In this document: piece by piece, positions 61,893 through 64,000 of the stretch
Numbering within the stretch: position 1 is the first letter of the stretch
Layout: every line of letters starts with the position of its first letter
NCBI GenBank assembly: GCA_965248755.1
Contig: OZ252149.1
Span: 1,632,001 to 1,696,000, forward strand
Direction of reading: 5' to 3'
DNA: 64,000 bases
Source of the DNA: Candidatus Latescibacterota bacterium
GTDB lineage: Bacteria; Latescibacterota; CBDEFO01
Made by a program: the position numbers and the translations under genes
The notes under the pieces: generated by a model
What the model was told of the DNA's origin: nothing
Seen by the model: only the letters and a program-made list of their open reading frames with translations
Databases searched by the model: none

Positions 61893-63284
61893 CTACTGTC
61901 TACTTGTTCGGGAGGGATCCTGACATACGTTCATAAACGTGGCAGCAAAGTTGAAATGATCATCGCGCTCATCTGTATGACAGAAAAGACAGGCGCTCTC
62001 TTTGACAGTCCGGGAGCGCATCTGCTCTATGTCCCCCTCCAGGTGCTGGCTCCCGGCGCCGTGACACGATTCGCACTGGACGTCTTTGAGATTCCCCACT
62101 TGATTGGGATGCCAGAAACCTCCACTTGTAAGGTAGCCGACAGTGTGACAGCCGATGCATTCGGGGTCCAACTCCTGACCTGCCTTTTGCAGGGTCTGAT
62201 AAGCGCGTGCATGCGGGGTCGACAGCCAGAACTCGTACCTGCCCTCGTGACACATCCGACACTCAAGATCGCTCACGAACCTGAGACCCTCCACCTCCAC
62301 TGCATCCTTGTCTGTTATTAATCTGGCCCGCTCTATCTGACGAATCTCGGTCTTGTACTGATCTACCATGGCCTGTATTTTCGGATAGCTCTTGATCTTT
62401 TTGTCCAGAGCGGTCAGAGTGTGTATGTAACCGTAGCTCCCAAGGGTTCTGCGATTTGGGAAAGCGGGATCTTGCAGGATCAGTTCCAACTGTCCTATAT
62501 ACTTGCCCTGTGCACCTGCGTGTAAGGGCAACACTCCGTTGTACTCGGAAGGATTCCGAATGGGCTTGCTGTCAGACCCTCCGATAATGATGTCGATTCC
62601 AGGGACCTTGTACGCCAGTCTGACCGTCACTTCTTGCCTTAAATCCACCAAGGCGACAATGAAATCGCACGTCCCCCTGAGTAATTGGACCGTTTGTCTT
62701 GCAGCATCTATGGGGTCCTCAATTACAAGACCGTCTTCCATCTTTTGGATATATGAAAATTCATCCTCCAAAAGGCCGAAGATGCCGAATTTTATGCCAT
62801 TTACGGTCTTGATCAAATAAGGCTCGAAAAGGGGCTCTTTTGAATCCTTTTGTACCAGGTTTGCTGATACTAAGGGCAAAGATTCTGCACCATCAGCCTC
62901 AGCTAAAAAAGAGACTCCCTCAGCCAGATCAAGAAGACCCACGTTAACTGCATCGTATCCCATATCGAGGTAAGTCCGTTTGATCACAGCCGCCTTCTTT
63001 AACCACTGCTCCTGAAGATGGTCAGGGATGAGGAAATTTTGAAACAGCGCTCCCCCAGCATCCACGAGCAATAAAGACACGCTAACGGATCTCAGGCTGT
63101 CTATGAAAGTGGCTCGCCTGGCAAGACCGCCAAGCGGTGCTTTCTTTCACCCACAGGGTTCTAACTCTCCCTTGCCCTGCGTGGTGTAGAGCAGGCTCAG
63201 CTTACTCAGCGTCTGTCCCCGTGCAGAAAAAGCGGGCAATAGGCTCCCTACAAGCAGTAACATAATGAGGATACATCTCTTCAT
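61893..63284 (-). CDS. Probable selenoprotein: exported UshA-like (CxU) domain fused to a tetraheme cytochrome c554-like domain, 463 aa with Sec46
   Basis: ATG 63284 with AAGGGA RBS, signal peptide, GELEPCG-TGA(63147-63149)-KKAPLGGLARRATFI in frame with the track ORF 61893-63080; CRMCH, CIGCH, CESCH, CLFCH. Confidence 0.82.
63115..63136 (-). promoter_or_regulatory. Putative bacterial SECIS hairpin
   Basis: CGCTTGGC-GGTCTT-GCCAGGCG, 8-bp stem with one G-U pair; loop begins with G, 18 nt after the UGA. Confidence 0.65.
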
Positions 63285-63424
63285 ATCCAAGTCCCTTCAG
63301 GGGAAGACACGCACGTCTGCCCTGAGAATACCGGCGAACCCTTCCCAGATTGTTGCCACACCTCTCTGTCCGCTGCCCTCATGGGTTCGCTCTTACTGGT
63401 CTATACTGATTTTCATCCTCCAGC

Positions 63425-63883
63425 TTAGGACAGCTTTTCAAGAACTTTTTCGGTATGTCCGTCCACCCGTACTCTTCTGAATATGTGCTCTATATTCCCC
63501 TCTTTTCCAATGATGAACGTGCTCCGCTCTATGCCCATGCTTTTCTTGCCGTACATTGTCCTTTCTTTGTAGACCCCGTAGGCATCTGCAACTACCTTGT
63601 CCGGGTCGGAAAGCAAGGTAAATGGGAGGTTATACTTCTTCGCAAAGTTGCTGTGGGCATCCACCCCATCCGGGCTGATCCCCAAAATCACCGCTCCTTT
63701 GGACTCTATGGGCTCTAAATTGTCTCTGAACGAGCAGGCCTCCTTCGTGCATCCCGGAGTATCGTCTTTAGGATAGAAGTAGAGCACTACCGTGGATTTG
63801 TCCTGAAAGCCCTTCAGAGAGACCTCTTTATTGTCCCCAGACATCAACGTAAAATCAGGAGCCTTGTCTCCTACTTCAAGCAT
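63425..63883 (-). CDS. bcp: Thioredoxin-dependent thiol peroxidase (BCP/PrxQ)
   Basis: VLYFYPKDDTPGCTKEACSFRD, ERSTFII. Confidence 0.95.
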   Translation of the reverse strand: MLEVGDKAPDFTLMSGDNKEVSLKGFQDKSTVVLYFYPKDDTPGCTKEACSFRDNLEPIESKGAVILGISPDGVDAHSNFAKKYNLPFTLLSDPDKVVADAYGVYKERTMYGKKSMGIERSTFIIGKEGNIEHIFRRVRVDGHTEKVLEKLS

Positions 63884-64000
63884 TTTTAACCGCCTCCAAT
63901 CTTCAATCAAATACCGGGTCAAGATAGTCTGAACAAGGTTTTAGAGATTCAAAATTGTAGTCTGAATACAGGAGTTGATGTACTCTTTTCTTCTGACTGA

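Overview
Bacterial chromosomal window. The gene repertoire (dockerin/EF-hand-tailed protein, DUF6785-type membrane protein, CBM9-like protein) suggests a Latescibacterota-like lineage, which is inference only. Left to right: (1) a nuoB-nuoG-ferredoxin-Rieske ferredoxin cluster; (2) tRNA-Pro and tRNA-Arg, followed by a ~9.6 kb degraded island. The island holds a serine-recombinase tail and one UvrD/GajB-like helicase gene broken up by three 1266-bp IS3-family copies, three 420-bp non-autonomous IS derivatives and an IS1380, arranged as nested composite units; (3) a DUF4062-LRR protein; (4) housekeeping and metabolic genes: modC, cysE, NAD-linked formate dehydrogenase alpha and NuoEF-like subunits, aconitase, argH, methylmalonyl-CoA mutase, VKOR, larE, def, tRNA-Val, pgl; (5) a tandem amidohydrolase duplication; (6) a triple-GT4 / GT9 / PAP2 (Aur1-like) operon; (7) a System I cytochrome c maturation operon, preceded by two MNT-HEPN toxin-antitoxin cassettes sitting among type III R-M relics; (8) a probable selenoprotein that the ORF track truncates: signal peptide, CGU motif with in-frame UGA and a SECIS-like hairpin, degenerate UshA fold, and four CxxCH heme motifs. 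It lies next to a BCP peroxiredoxin.
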